DNA from: Haliotis rubra | Taxonomy: Eukaryota | Assembly (NCBI RefSeq): GCF_003918875.1 | Contig: NW_025767431.1 | Location: 248,001-312,000, forward strand | Direction: 5' to 3' | Length of the DNA stretch: 64,000 nucleotides | In this document: in pieces, positions 12,701-25,693 of the stretch | How positions within the stretch are numbered: the stretch's first letter is position 1 | How the letters are laid out: every line of letters begins with the position of its first letter | Position numbers and translations under genes: made by a program | Notes under the pieces: model-generated | Told to the model about the DNA's origin: nothing | The model's database searches: none | What the model saw: only the letters and a program-made list of their open reading frames with translations

Positions 12701-13514
12701 CCATCTCGACTACAGCGTTGTCTCCCCTGCCTTATTCGTGGCTACAAGAAACCGGTAGAGTGCACCGAGTGTCACACAGATAGCCCCGGATCCGCATCAC
12801 TGACATCACTTAGTGGTTGTAAGTATGTGCTAAGTCAGGTTGTGTAAAGTCTGTTACTGAACAGTTCGGTTTAGTGCTTTAAAGTCCATGGTCATATAAC
12901 ACACATGTATATCATTCAAATGGGTCAGGCTGCACATGTATTGAATAATTCTATTGGTACTGAATAACATTACAATACAGTTCTAATTTTGAATGTAATA
13001 TACATATATTTTGACAGATGAATCATATTCACAAGTATTTAACAATGGATTTTAGTCTCATGTTGTGACGTTGGTAAGGAATACACATTTAGAAAGTGTT
13101 ATATACTTGGGATTACACTTTCTAAGGGAAGTACAGAATCTAGTACTCTGGGGGTTGAGTCCCATCCGGGATTCGAACCCACACTCTCAAAGTCAGCCAT
13201 CTAACCACCTGTGGAAGCCGCGATGGTTGAGTGGATGACTTTGTTGACACCAACCTAGTGTCCAGACTTAAACCTCTGACACTTGGGTCATCTAGAGCTA
13301 GTTTGTATGTAGCATCCTTGGAAATTACAAGAGTGATGAAGTAATTAGTCCGTGAATATTGTATATGCAGATTACCCTCGTACTTGTATGTGTTTCATTT
13401 GTAGACGAAGTACCCACCCCAGGGATTGCAACAATTCAAATGCCAAATCCAGAGTTTGGCTTGACAGAGCTTCAATACCAGCGTCAGTCATCAGGGGATG
13501 GCAGCAATGCCTAA
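9748..13514 (+). CDS. Gene A: type I membrane TNFR-like protein with two TACI/BCMA/Grindelwald-like CRDs, 234 aa; exons 9748-9934, 11226-11384, 12570-12818, 13405-13514
   Basis: Signal peptide MCLYRVTELFVIITLAVSVSVYG; CRD1 CPPGRYLDPVTNNCDDCGDICEHADIQGTQADCQRLC; CRD2 CPSDQYYDSAISRCDYCSVICDNHVIQGTTAQCKEKC; TM LVITICCILGLCLVLVSVYGLMVCFC; tail contains PVECTE. GT-AG introns, all phase 1; spliced frame open (705 nt). Confidence 0.85.
10156..10567 (-). mobile_element. SINE family A interrupted by a + strand insertion (10293-10549), intron 1 of gene A
   Basis: SINE body 10156-10292 resumes at 10550-10567; taggcta is duplicated around the insert. Confidence 0.8.
11666..12447 (+). mobile_element. 5'-truncated LINE (CR1/L2-group ORF2 C-terminus) in intron 2 of gene A
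   Basis: SFLPDTVRLWNCL...SRLRLGCSDLN...CSCG..EDP.HYFF.C zinc knuckle; AATAAA near the end; 10-bp TSD cagatgatat at 11656-11665 and 12448-12457. Confidence 0.85.
13075..13240 (-). mobile_element. SINE family B fragment(s), intron 3 of gene A
   Basis: gggattacactttc...aagtacagaatctagtact...ggattcgaacccacactctc matches family B in reverse. Confidence 0.65.
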
Positions 13515-14644
13515 CCCAGGTTGAAACTTGTATCTCACGTACCCATACGTGTCTGATAGCAATGTCAGTGCCATGGCCAAGCTGATGAAGACAGTAAGGA
13601 GAGAAGCTGGGTACCTTCACAAAGATGTTACCTGCCATTCAATGAACAGCTGGTCTCTTTGAAAAGAAGGAGATGTTACAGAATACTGGTTAAACCCAAC
13701 CTGCAGACTACTGCTCCCCTGCTGGACAGGTCTCACAGGGAATATTGTGTGTTTGTGAGTGACTTGCTCACTCTCCAAATAGATTTCACTTCAAGAAATC
13801 CTCCACTTGTAAAATTGTGGCATGCAGACATAATGACTTTATTTTCATGAACTGAAATCCGAAGATTAAGTTAAATTACTTGCAAGTATTCATTTCACAG
13901 ACTTCATAAAATATGAAAATGATTATTAATTATAATCTGATTTTCCGATCTCCGATATACAGTACTTGTTCTTAAAGTTGTAGTTTGTATATCTTGTGTC
14001 TCTGTGAATTAAGAAGTGTCAGTTTAGACTCACGCATGTGAGACACTGCTGTTATTTGTTATATTTCCCTGTCAAACACATTCGTGCCTTATGGAAGGAT
14101 TCTATTGTGTCACATTTAGACAATGGGGGAGCGTGTCGAGAGTGTTATTAATGCCAGATCGGGTTTCCAAGTCCTACAGCCTTGTGTCTGGGAACGTCAG
14201 GACAGTTGAAAAGAATTGAATGTCATTCTTCTGATCTTCGTTATCTCGTTTACGAAGTTCTTTTTCCCAACAAAAATGTTACCTAAATCTAGTAATAAGA
14301 ACATCGAAAATAAAAAAAAAAAAAAAAAATAATCAATATTGATCTATCATTCCAGCATACATAGCAAACAACACAACATGCCATTTATATAGATACTGGG
14401 AAATTGTGTCAGCGTCATTTAGATGAACCACATTCTAATTTTGAACGAAAATATTTTTAGCAAAACAAGTGATTGAGTCTTTGAAGGGCATTTAGAAGTG
14501 GTACACATAACATATCTACCTAGCGCTTGGGAACATATCTACCTAGCGCTTGGGACTTATTAATTTAATTTACCATCACTGCTGGTCTCTTTGTATTTAT
14601 TATTATTAGGTCTCGCTTCCATTTGTTTTCTTACAACCCCGTTA

Positions 14645-14962
14645 TATGCCACTATTGTTAACTACGCCTGGATTAACAATCCCTGGCTTCCTTTTGTCCA
14701 TCCACCCAGTTAGTGCTAATTATACCCCCTGGCTTCTATTTGTTTTTCTTATCAATCAGGCCTGGATTAACAATCCTTGGCTTCCACTTGTCCATCCACC
14801 AATTAACTACTGGCTACCTTTGTTATACTGTTGTTGTTTCAATATGTACATATATAGCTGTTTGTTCCTAATTGTTTCATTACCTGATGAAGGAGTAAGA
14901 ATATACTTCGAAACGTCGTGACCCTTCACAATAGAGAATTTGTCATCCATAAAAACTCTTGT
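14645..14962 (+). mobile_element. Penelope-like element terminal fragment with internal direct repeat
   Basis: cctggattaacaatcc..ggcttcc..ttgtccatccacc occurs twice (14666, 14760); ends with CTGATGA..GAAACGTC core and ttgtcatccataaa. Confidence 0.5.
14878..14921 (+). ncRNA. Minimal type I hammerhead ribozyme-like motif
   Basis: ttac-CTGATGA-a-GGAGTA(agaata)TACTTC-GAAAC-GTC-gtga: intact catalytic boxes, 6-bp stem II, 4-bp stem I, loop-less stem III as in Penelope-associated hammerheads. Confidence 0.5.
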
Positions 14963-15439
14963 CTTTAAAAGAAGTGATTGGGTGTGAATCTCATACATTT
15001 TGAGACATTTTTGTTTGCAAGGAGTTATGCATTGACATGTACCTAACATCAGTTACCAATTTATGCATTCCATTCACTCCTGTAAATTTGTAAATAGTGT
15101 GTGAGTGTTGTTCCCAATCTGTTTTGTTTTGAAATCTGATATGCCTTTCTACATATATCAGTGTATATAATGATATTAAATAATTATATTTTCACCCTGG
15201 GTTATGTTATAGCTTGTGCTGCATGTGCAATAAGTGCTGTATGATGTCGCTCGGTGTGACTGGTGTGCAATTCAACTGAATATATGTTGAATAATGTGAC
15301 GTGAAATAAGGAATACCTTGGCTTGGTGTTAGCAGATATAGAAGCTTGAAAACAATACATCTTATAATCGTAGAAATACAAATATGTGTGTAATATTACA
15401 CACTGTATCTGCACACTCATGACCATTTTTATGAGAGAT

Positions 15440-15985
15440 CATATGTAAAATGTGGTTACGGTCGAAATAATGGACTAGGTTCGGGACCAAATGCTATGTG
15501 TTATGGGCCAAATTAACCTGAGTATTTGATATGAGAGTTAAACATTGATGGGTTTTGAATAATGCTAACCGTGTTGTCGAGGGAACAATAAAAGACCGAC
15601 AACTGTTTAGTTTAGGATAGGGGATACGAAGAATACAGAGGTCTGGCCATTCAATGGGATCACATTAATACAAGAGAGCAGAGATTTCCCAAAGTATTGA
15701 CAACATGGATTCATGAGATTGGGATAAAAGCACATTTCCGTATTGCGGGCAATTGAACACGACCAGCCAAGTCACGGAACCAAGCAACTGGATCAGCTAT
15801 ACATGAGTACAAATCGATGTTAAATATCTTAAATTACCCTTTCAAAGTAGAATTTGGCTAACAAAATATAGAACAACAAATCATAGATTACCAATAGAAA
15901 CAGGGCGCTGGTTAAATATTTTGAAAGGAACCCGACTTTGTAATCTTTGTAATCATGCTATATGTGACGAATTCCATTTTTTAGT
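15440..15985 (+). mobile_element. Degenerate LINE ORF2 3' remnant (RTE-X-like)
   Basis: ~15864-15980 translates KYRTTNHRLPIETGRW...RLCNLCN...DEFHF, a typical non-LTR C-terminal zinc knuckle; upstream portion has stops and its boundary is approximate. Confidence 0.6.
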
Positions 15986-17254
15986 AATAACGTGATTATA
16001 TACCTCTGAATGGCTTTATTTAACCAATCACAATCCAGTATTTAGTGAAATCATGGTAGAATATTTGACATAAAACATACCGTTCCCTATTCTGCAACAC
16101 TTGTGGGTAAGTGTGAATGGTTGCATATGCAGTAAGTGCTGCATGATCTCTTTTACTTTACTCATGTCACATTCCCTTGAGTATATAATGAAACCCTTGG
16201 ATTAATGTCACATTTAACAGATACAGAACCTCCAACACTGAAACAAGAAACAACAGAACTTTATCGGCCTAAAGAAACAGATTTGGAATCAGTCATGATT
16301 CATGAATTAATATCACAGACACCCATGAGCATTTTGATGGATGATATTGTTATAGTGATGGCCGAAATCATGAGCTTGCCCTTACCCTGAACATCAGCTT
16401 GTGACCAAACGCTGGGTGTTATAAATTATATCAACCTGAACATTTGAACACAGTTAAGTAGTCATTGGAATAATGGAAAATGGAGTGAGTTTGCTGGTGT
16501 CTGTCGAAGGAACGGAATGGGATTGACAACTGAATTGTGTAGGGTGTGGGGTTCACTATGCAGGTCTGGGCATTAAATATGATCAAAATAATATATGACA
16601 GCAGAGTGTGGTGACAGGAAATATTATTGTCACACTGGCTGTTAAAATATCATACAAATCTCATAGGGGTGAAGGAGAATTGATTGGGAGGTAAACACCA
16701 AGCACCCCCTACATGGCAGCGTATTTCCGTTATGTACAGGTTTACTGACAATGAAACGTATCAGTACATGTAAAAAAACGACAAAACCCTTTCAACTTTC
16801 ATGATAAATCTCTCCTTACTGCAGCGTCGATCGAGGATACTGATACCACGAACACTATCGGTTTGGGTTTTTTTGGGGGGAAGGGTTGGTTGGGGGAGGG
16901 TAACTGAATGAAGGACTGACGTTATGTACACAGGCTTCATCTATTCACCTGACTTCATAATTATATTCACGCGCCCAACCGGCGAATAACAACCGGCTGT
17001 TTTCTAAAGACGTGCGTGAATGATTCAGTTACAACCGCCACATGCCACTTTTAACAAACCGCGTATGTCAATCATACATAACTGTGTGACGACCGACACT
17101 CCCAGGTCATATCCACAATATACCATTGGTTAATCACACACCGGAGCAGCCAATCATATCTGTTGATTTTCCTAGCCGGTATAGAAACTACTAGAAGAAT
17201 TGTGTAATCTTTCCCACGAGTTCATTCTAACGTTTCAGGTCAGTGTAGAATGTC

Positions 17255-19139
17255 ATGACAATAGGTATGTGCCGGTTGCTGGTGTCAGGACTTCTGTGGG
17301 GTAGCTACGCCTGTCTCGTTTACAGCTCTGAGGAGTGTCCCATAGGGACATACAGGGACTTTGGTTCTGGAAACTGTGACCCATGTTCAGATATATGCCA
17401 GTATATGAAGATAAAGGGAACTGAAGACGACTGCCGGAAATACTGTCCCGGTATGAATGTGTTATTTATATTTAGATTTAAGTCTATCCTGTTGGGAGTT
17501 CTGCCTACAGTTGAGTATGAACAAGATGAAAGTGTAACTATCATTGCCATGAACTACAGGTCCTTTAAAAGTTAATTTCCTTCTTTTATTAACCACGTTT
17601 CTTATCATCTCGTTCGCCCGATTTCGATACGATGTATATTTTGACTCTCAACATAGTATGCATATACAATGGAGGTTTCCTCGTCTCCACAAAAGATGAG
17701 TAAAGAGGGTAAAAACGAAATTCGACGGAAATAGTTTATCCCGACTCCACTTTATATATTTCTTGTGTTGCAGTTGACATTTGACACGCAATTAGGGATA
17801 AAGTAAAGTGAGTAAGTTGAAATATAACTAATATGAAAGAGACGAGAGAGATTTCGAATGCATAATAAATACAAGTTGTAATAATTGCAGTCAATATAGG
17901 AGTGAGTATTACAGATGTAAATCTAAAAACTATTTTACTTTTGAAGTCAATACAATATAAAAACAGACTACATGTCGCCAACAACTGAAAGTAGATAACC
18001 ACACCAGGAACTATAGGGACTTAAAGACGGCTTTTGTTACCTGCATAGACCCTAGCTGGATTAACATCTTCCCTTCTGCTGTTGGCGAATATGAGACATT
18101 TAGCCATAGCTAAAACGAACACATATTCTACGAATGAAAATGTTACAGAAATAATACACTTTGAAAGACGTGGTCTCATGTGCACTCTCAGGAGGACATA
18201 GTGATAAAGAGTTCCAAACCGGGTACCTTGTCATGGATGCAATCGCGTTCTTTTACAGATGCCTACACACTGAACCTTGCGAGTGAATCGAAAGTTGGTA
18301 TGTGTCCTTTTCTTAATTTCTTATTATGACAAGAAATACACTATAATATAATCCCGCTATTCATAATTATGATGTTTCCCATGGTCATGCTTGTATTTGG
18401 GTTTTAGATACATCTAGAGGATAAGTATTGTCACATCAATGACAGATGTTCTACTTAAGAAGACAATGAATGTTCAGTTCTTGTAACATGTGTATGGTGC
18501 TTTCTGTTGGTATTCATAAACATAAAAGCACATGATTTATGAAGAGTGAAATGATGCTATTTCGTTTCACAAATAGGCAATAAAGATTGGACCAAGAAGA
18601 CAACAGGCGACGAGGGAAGCATTCTCCCTGTAGTACTCCCTGTGTTAGCAGCAGTAGTGGTGGTCAGTGTGGTGATCGGGATCGTCGTTTACCGTCGTCG
18701 GCGTGTCAGTCGCAGACAAAGACCTATTCAACCTATTCACGATGACACACTGGTAGAACTTCCTTCAATTCAATGCACTGAAGAATCCGACAGCAGCTTC
18801 CATGTAGTTCCAATAGGTAATACTCATTTGGGATGTATTAAAATCACATCATGCTGTTTTTATAAAGCCATTAGTACTTCTTATTGAGCAGTCTATGCTC
18901 TATAGGGAACACAAAACATACATTAATGATCATCCATGCATAACCGTTTGTTTTAAATCTAACACGCATGTAACTACTACATCTACATAAGGTACACAAA
19001 GTATTATTTACAATAATTATTGTTTTCAGAGGAACAACAGTTACCGCTACCAGCAGAAGAGGAAACCAAATTTCCCACGGCATTCTCTGATCTCCCCTAC
19101 AGTGCAAGATATGACACTACTCAGCACGGATCGTACTGA
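17255..19139 (+). CDS. Gene B: single-CRD type I TNFR-like receptor, 194 aa; exons 17255-17450, 18259-18297, 18577-18816, 19030-19139
   Basis: Signal peptide; CRD CPIGTYRDFGSGNCDPCSDICQYMKIKGTEDDCRKYC; 39-nt stalk micro-exon (ttttacAG / GTatgt); TM LPVVLPVLAAVVVVSVVIGIVVY followed by RRRR; tail PSIQCTEE and PAEEE. Phase-1 introns, 585 nt open. The micro-exon is the least certain part. Confidence 0.85.
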
Positions 19140-20033
19140 CCCAGAGGGTTTTACTGCTTGTGTATTGGTGTATTGACATCTCCACAGAATTTCGGTGGCT
19201 AGATGATCACTAGTATAGCCTGACTGTCCTGTCCTGTGTGCCAAGGAGTGAAGATCGAGAGTTTCCTGGCATGCACCTTGATGCTAAGGAGACGAATTCA
19301 TAATGATATCACCTGATGCATGGCATTGCCATACATTGAGAGAAAAGACTATATTGAGTCATATTGTCTTATTGGTGGAACAAAGACACAGTCCTTTACA
19401 AGATGGCATGTCGTAGAGCCTGCCTTATTATTATTCCGATTATTGAATGGGGATGTATTCTCGTGTCACACGTCTTTAGAAGGTCTGAATGAGGAGGTCG
19501 GTGACCTGATGCTGATAAAAACGCAGCAAATGGTCCTGCTTGTAGTCAGCGTGTGTGCGGCATGGGTTGACACTAAGTGGTGCACGGCAAGGCAGCACAA
19601 TCAGTTGAATGTGTATATAAGACCGTCTGTCAAATCGTCTCAGGTATAGTTCACGACATTGCCATTGTCATTTTTGAATATTGTCGTTTGAATATGAACA
19701 GATGTAGTGTGACAAATATGTATAGGAACAAAAGAAGTTTCCTAACCTAACAGTGTATCATTGGCATGTCTGATCTAGTTTGGAGGTGAGGTTTTATATC
19801 TGAACACACGATTGATGAATGAAGAAACAAGTGATAAATTTACATAGCATTTTTCGTTATAACTCTGTCTTACTTGAAGGTATCTGCAAATTAAACATAC
19901 ATATACCCCTCAAACAGAAAGTTGTGTAAAAGATGGTTTGTTTCCTTTACCTAGTAGTGAGTCATTACATTGATGGTGTCGATGAGAGTGTAGGTGTATC
20001 GGTATCATGACGTCACAACTTACAACTAAAAAC

Positions 20034-20245
20034 TACCCGTGAATATCCGGGTAAGAACTGATCCTCAGCAACTCATGCTTGTGGCAAGAGGCGACAAACG
20101 GAATCAGGTGGTCAGGTTCGCTGACTTGATTGAAATATGTAGAAGCATTCCAGTTGCGTAGTTCGATTATGAGGATGTCAATCACTGGATTGTTTGACCC
20201 ACTCTCGATTGTTTGCATACCACCGTCATACAGTTGGAGAATGGC
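20034..20245 (+). mobile_element. SINE family C, diverged copy
   Basis: acccgtgaa..catgcttgtggcaagaggcgac..ggtggtcagg..tcactggattgt matches the reverse of 22899-23165. Confidence 0.75.
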
Positions 20246-22329
20246 TAAACATTATATTTACATTGATATAAGTAGTTAAACATCTGATTGTATCTGACAT
20301 ACAATCATAACATACAATATCATGCTAGATTAATGTTCTCGGACATCACGATTGATAAATCCCGAGACATCTGGAGAAATGTACACACCAATACGAGAGA
20401 TATCTCTGTAAGATAAACACGGGTGTTATCAGACTTACAAATACAGAGAGAGGTTCTGAATAATGCCTATATTTGTACTAGTTACCATGGCAATAAAACC
20501 GATTTGTTTTCTATATTTCTGGCTCTTAGTAGCATTGAAAGTCATATTATGACATGTGAAATACTCAAGTCATTGGCACTGTTCAATAAAACATTGGACT
20601 ACTAGAACTGTTATAGTCACATGATAAAAGCTGTCGTACTTCACAATACAGTAGTGTTAACCTGTGCCAGCTGAGCGATACGTTGTGTTTTAATAAATCT
20701 AATATCACATTGTCAGTGTCACATTATCTGGAGATCAGTTCTATCATTGCTACTCAAGCAGTGTGTGTCCGTACCATGGCCAATTGGAGGCAGGTTCAAT
20801 AACATATTTAGATTGGTTTGTTGGTATCCAAATCCACGTCGTGGATTTAACAAAAGTGGTTATTCACATGTGTGACTTTCACTGTCCTCCCACATTAACT
20901 GACAAGATACATAAATATGTTTGTAGGAACTTACTACTCGTGTGACTACAGCCACCATGCCTCGACAAACCGTTTAAGTCACTCTGGTATGCTAAAATGA
21001 TCGTAATACGTTAAAGGAAATTGTTGGAAAATTTGTTAAAGGTTCACAGGTACACTGTTAGATACATTGAGGTAGATTGAAAAACACAGAGTCAGTTTCA
21101 CTCCTACATGTATCATTAGTTTCTTCGGGGATTAAAATCATATTATTCCCTGAAGAAATGAATGAAATATGAAGGAGTGAAATTGGCTCTATGTTTTTTC
21201 AATCTCCTTGAATATAATTTTTTTATACAAGTTGGGGTAGTACGAGTGGTAGTGAAGTTCATCACCTGTCACTTCATTCCAATAATTTAACATTTGTGGC
21301 TGTTTAATGGTTTGGTTATTTGCTGTAAATCAAATATTAAATATTTGTTTTTATGAATAACATAAACAACTTTGATAAGTTAATGTTTATGAAGTAATGT
21401 AAAGCATAGCCGACATAGGCTGAGTGATATTCCAATCTCAGAATGTATAGTTCATAATTATTCACACAATATGGAAGCCCTCTGGCGTTTCAGCAAAGAA
21501 AACTGTGTCTCACAATAATTTGATTGTTTTATGTAATCAAATTGCAAAACGTATGATGACTCAGTCATGTCTGATCCAACACACATGCAACAAATTCCAC
21601 AGATCAGAAATGATTATGGGCTGTAGTGGATATACTGCGGTCGGGTAAAAACAATTGTAATTCTGAAACTATATATCCCGAACACAAGCCTTCAACTTTC
21701 TGGATCAAAATGGCGTTGATTCAAATATATATAAAACGGCAGTGCATAAGAATCCCCCTTCTTGATTGGTGTAACCGGCAAAATAGCTGTTATAATTAGA
21801 TGACAACAGATGTTCGCGACTATTAAGCCCACTTCCAAGGTCAGCTCCAACTGGGCAATATCCCTCACCACCCCCAACCACCACCCTTCCATCACACAAC
21901 CTGTATTTTAAGATATGGTATAAAATATGAAATGAAATCAAGTATCATTCGTTAAGTAAATGATGCTTTCATGTTAAAGTACGGAATTTAAAACAATGTG
22001 AAATTGTAGGGGAGAAATGATCAAGGGAAGAAATAAGACAAGACATTGGCAAGGGTGACAGGCGGGGGTTATCAAATGTTATCTGCGCCTAACTGATTCG
22101 TTGATTGGGCATGCCCATTCTCTGTTGATGTTGCTCTGGATGTCACGTCTGTGTCAGTCGCGTCAGCAGCGTTTACTTTTGAGTCAGAGATCATGGACTT
22201 ACAACAATATCGGATTCCTTAGGGATAAAGGTTTCCAGCATGATAGACACAACGTTTCACTAATGAAAAGAAAGCGTTCAGATAATCCATGGCGAGGGTC
22301 ATTTTAACACAGGACATAACTATGTCCAT

Positions 22330-22738
22330 AAAATAGAATAGAATAGAATAATACTTTAATGCCTTTTCAGGAATTTGTGTTACATCAGCAGTGCTACTGA
22401 CACATTAGAGAGATACCAAACATATTTACATAAATTCTTTGATTTAAGTATCTTCACATTTGTTTAAAAGAGATATGGTACTTGGAATAAAGGATGTACG
22501 GGCTCTCTTAGTTTTCACAATTGGAACTTTGTAGCGGCGGCCTGAAGGGAGGAGGTTGTATTCCGAATTTAAGTAGTGAGTACGGTCAGATATGATTTTG
22601 ACAGCTTGATTCACGATTTGCCCCTCATATATTGATGATAAACATTGAAATCTGACTCCAGCGATTTTACTTGCAGTGTTAACAATTTTGTCCTTTTTAG
22701 ATTTGAGATGAACTGAGAGAGACCCGCACCAACAATGG
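22330..22738 (-). mobile_element. LINE 3' fragment (Rex1/Babar-like)
   Basis: KIVNTASKI...LLPSGRRY...RARTSFIPSTISLLN C-terminus and (CTATT)n tail. Confidence 0.8.
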
Positions 22739-22898
22739 TCATACATCGTCATATTAATGTCCAACATGACATACTTAAAGTAACATGCTGGTCTGGTATT
22801 GTGTTCAACATTCACAACGATGTGTTGTGCGTGTGTGCGGGTGAGAGATATATGGAGGAGATATTTCATGTCACAACTTTTAAGACACAGATCTAGAG

Positions 22899-23165
22899 TG
22901 AGTGAGTGAGTTTAGTTTTACGCCCCACTCAGCAATATTCCAGCTATATGGCGGCGGTCTGTAAATAATCGAGTCTGGACCAGACAATCCAGTGATCAAC
23001 AGCATGATCGTCGATCTGCGCAATTGGGAACCGATGACATGTGTCAACCAAGTCAGCGAGCCTGACCACCCGATCCCTTCAGTCGCCTCTTACGACAAGC
23101 ATAGTCGCCCTTTGTGGCAAGCATGGGTTGGTGAAGACCTATTCTACCCTGGATCTTCACGGGTT
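22899..23165 (-). mobile_element. SINE family C (core gcttgtcgtaagaggcgact; possibly Meta/MESC-type)
   Basis: (CACT)n tail shared with family A; 14-bp TSD acacagatctagag at 22885-22898 and 23166-23179; empty site near 32157. Confidence 0.85.
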
Positions 23166-25018
23166 ACACAGATCTAGAGACTTCGTATTACCTTTGAATT
23201 TATTACAATGGAACATTAAAAAATATTAAAGTCTCTTAGACAATTAGCAGTGGTCCTTTAAGTGAGCGGTTAATGGCATGGGCAACGCCAGTCCCAACTG
23301 AAATGATGAACAATACGCCAGGTCATTTGATTATCTACACCGTTATGGCGATTGTTATATTTCAAGCATTTAAATACTTTAAAGGTTATCTCGGGTTATC
23401 TTAAAAATCGAGATAACACGTAATATGAAATTGACTTGTCGCTGTAACAAAATCTTTCCAGATTATCATCATCATTACGTTTTACAGATTAAATAGTTTG
23501 CAGCAGAAAGGGTTCGGGTGATAATGGCATAGTCATTTTTATTTACATTATTTTGTACTAATACTGCAAAAATAACAATTTAGCCAACAAGTATATCCTT
23601 TATAAATAATGTATATAATCAAGTATACACACAATAAATATAAATATATAATTCATTATGTTGTCACAGTAAAAGACATTTGTTTTCATATTTGACAAAT
23701 TGTCTTGAACACCTGAATAGACATATGTAGGTATATCTTTGTTCACCACGTTTATTGACAAATGTCCCATCTGTCAAGGAATGATGTTTTTCATGTGGGA
23801 TAGTTGTGGTATCGTGTTTAAATCAAGTATTTATATGAAAGTGAGAATGACAGAACAAACAGCTTTGCTATGTTAAACGATTTCATTACTTGTCAACATT
23901 AAATGAACTGACTTGAGCTATGCTCTATGAACGAGAACCTTGGTAGAAGTTATTTGTTGACTCAAACTGTAAATCTGCATAAATGTCGTACCTAACAATG
24001 AACAGCAGCTGTTTTCGATGCCAGGTGTGTGGTGCTATGGTAATGTGGTAATCGACATGTGATTCTTGACTATCCTCCCATGTCAACTGACAAGTGTCAT
24101 ACAGTTGTTTCGGGGGGAACTGATAAGAATACAACCATACATGTCCAGCCATACCAGTCGATAATCTCACTTTGTCACTCTCCTTTCATCATTTCAACAT
24201 TTATCAGTTTACTGTTAAACCAATGTAAAACACATCCTGATATAATAATCATGATAGCGGTATAACAAGTTTGTCTGATAAACAGCTGTACCCCCAGGCT
24301 TAGGTTGCAATACACTGTTGTTAATGTATTGTATCAAATGGATATGTGCATACGTGCTGTCAGAAGAAAAATGACGTACACAGTGTGTGTGTCTTCCTTT
24401 CATCCTCATCTGAAGGTGTGAAATGATTCAAGAATATGAAACAGTGCCTTTCTGACTCCAGTGAATCTGTTTCTCAGCAAAGTATATCTGTTTACTTGTG
24501 CCAGTTGAGCGTCAGTGTCACATTATCTGGAGATCAGTTCTATCAATGCTACTCAAGCAGTGCGTGTCCGTACCATGGCCAATTGGAGGCAGGTTCAATA
24601 ACATATTTAGATTGGTTTGTTGGTATCCAAGTCCACGTCGTGGATTTAACAAAGTGGTAATTCACATGTGTGACTGTTCACTGTCCTCCCACATTAACTG
24701 ACAAAATACATAAATATGTTTGTAGGAACTTACTACTCGTGTGACTACAACCACCATGCCTCGACAAACCGTTTAAGTCACTCTGGTATGCTAAAATGAT
24801 CGTAATACGTTGAAAGAAATTGTTGGAAAATTTGTTAAAGGTTCACAGGTACACTGTTAGATAGATTAAAGTAGATTGAAAAACACAGAGTCAGTTTTAC
24901 TCCTACATGCATCATTAGTTTCTTCAGGGAGTAAAATCATATTATTCCCTGAAAAAATGAATGAAATATGTAGGAGTGAAATTGGCTCTATGTTTTTCAA
25001 TCTCCTTGAATATAATTT

Positions 25019-25693
25019 TTATCCCCCAGCATGTAATGCGGGGGGATATAGTCGAAGCCTCGTCCGTCTGTCCGTCCGTCCGTAATCATTTTGTTTCCAG
25101 AGCATAACTCAAAAACATTTCAATATTTTTCAACAAAACTTGGTAGATATATCAAACAGAACCTTAAGTGGTGCCTTTTGCTATTAACAGATTTTTGTCA
25201 TTTTAATTTTTCTCGGTTTCCATGGAAACGATTCGGACTTAGTCCCAAAAGGGAGGGGTGGGTTTTGTTTCCGGAGCATAACTCGAAAACTTCTTTATAT
25301 CTTTTAGCAAAACGTGGCAGATATGTGAGGCAGATGCCAAAGTGGTGCCTTTTGCTATTTGGCAGAATTTTGGCATGTTTATTTTTCCCGGATTTCATGG
25401 AAGCGATTCGGACTTAGTCCCAAAAGGGAGGGGTGGGTTTCGTTTCCGGAGCATAAGTAGAAAACTTCTACATATCTTTCAGTAAAACTTGGCAGATATG
25501 TGAGGCAGATGCCAAAGTAGTGCCTTTTGCTATTTGCAGATTTTTGTGATGTATTATTTTCTCGGTTTCCATGGAAACGATTCCGACATATTTAAAAAAA
25601 TAGTCAAACTGGATTTAAAGTAACTTTCAGATGATTTGTTCTTTCAAATATGTGGGGGCCGGGGGGATATGTCATCTTCTGATGACTTTTGTT
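25019..25693 (+). mobile_element. Non-autonomous Helentron-associated element (HINE/DINE-1/pearl-like) with ~175-bp internal tandem repeats
   Basis: 5' subTIR tatccccc..gggggata, (GTCC)n, ~3 repeats starting 25089/25263/25438, 3' ggggatat plus hairpin gtcatc-ttct-gatgac. Inserted in a T-run; empty site near 21220. Confidence 0.8.

Noticed and set aside
22101-22307. Possible secreted peptide precursor with KRKR site
   Set aside because: Non-ATG start, frameshifted in the duplicate near 26785, no splice support.
22992-25417. Several 60-108 aa ORFs recurring in the triplicated unit
   Set aside because: They fall in SINE, HINE or other duplicated non-coding DNA; recurrence reflects the duplication, not selection.
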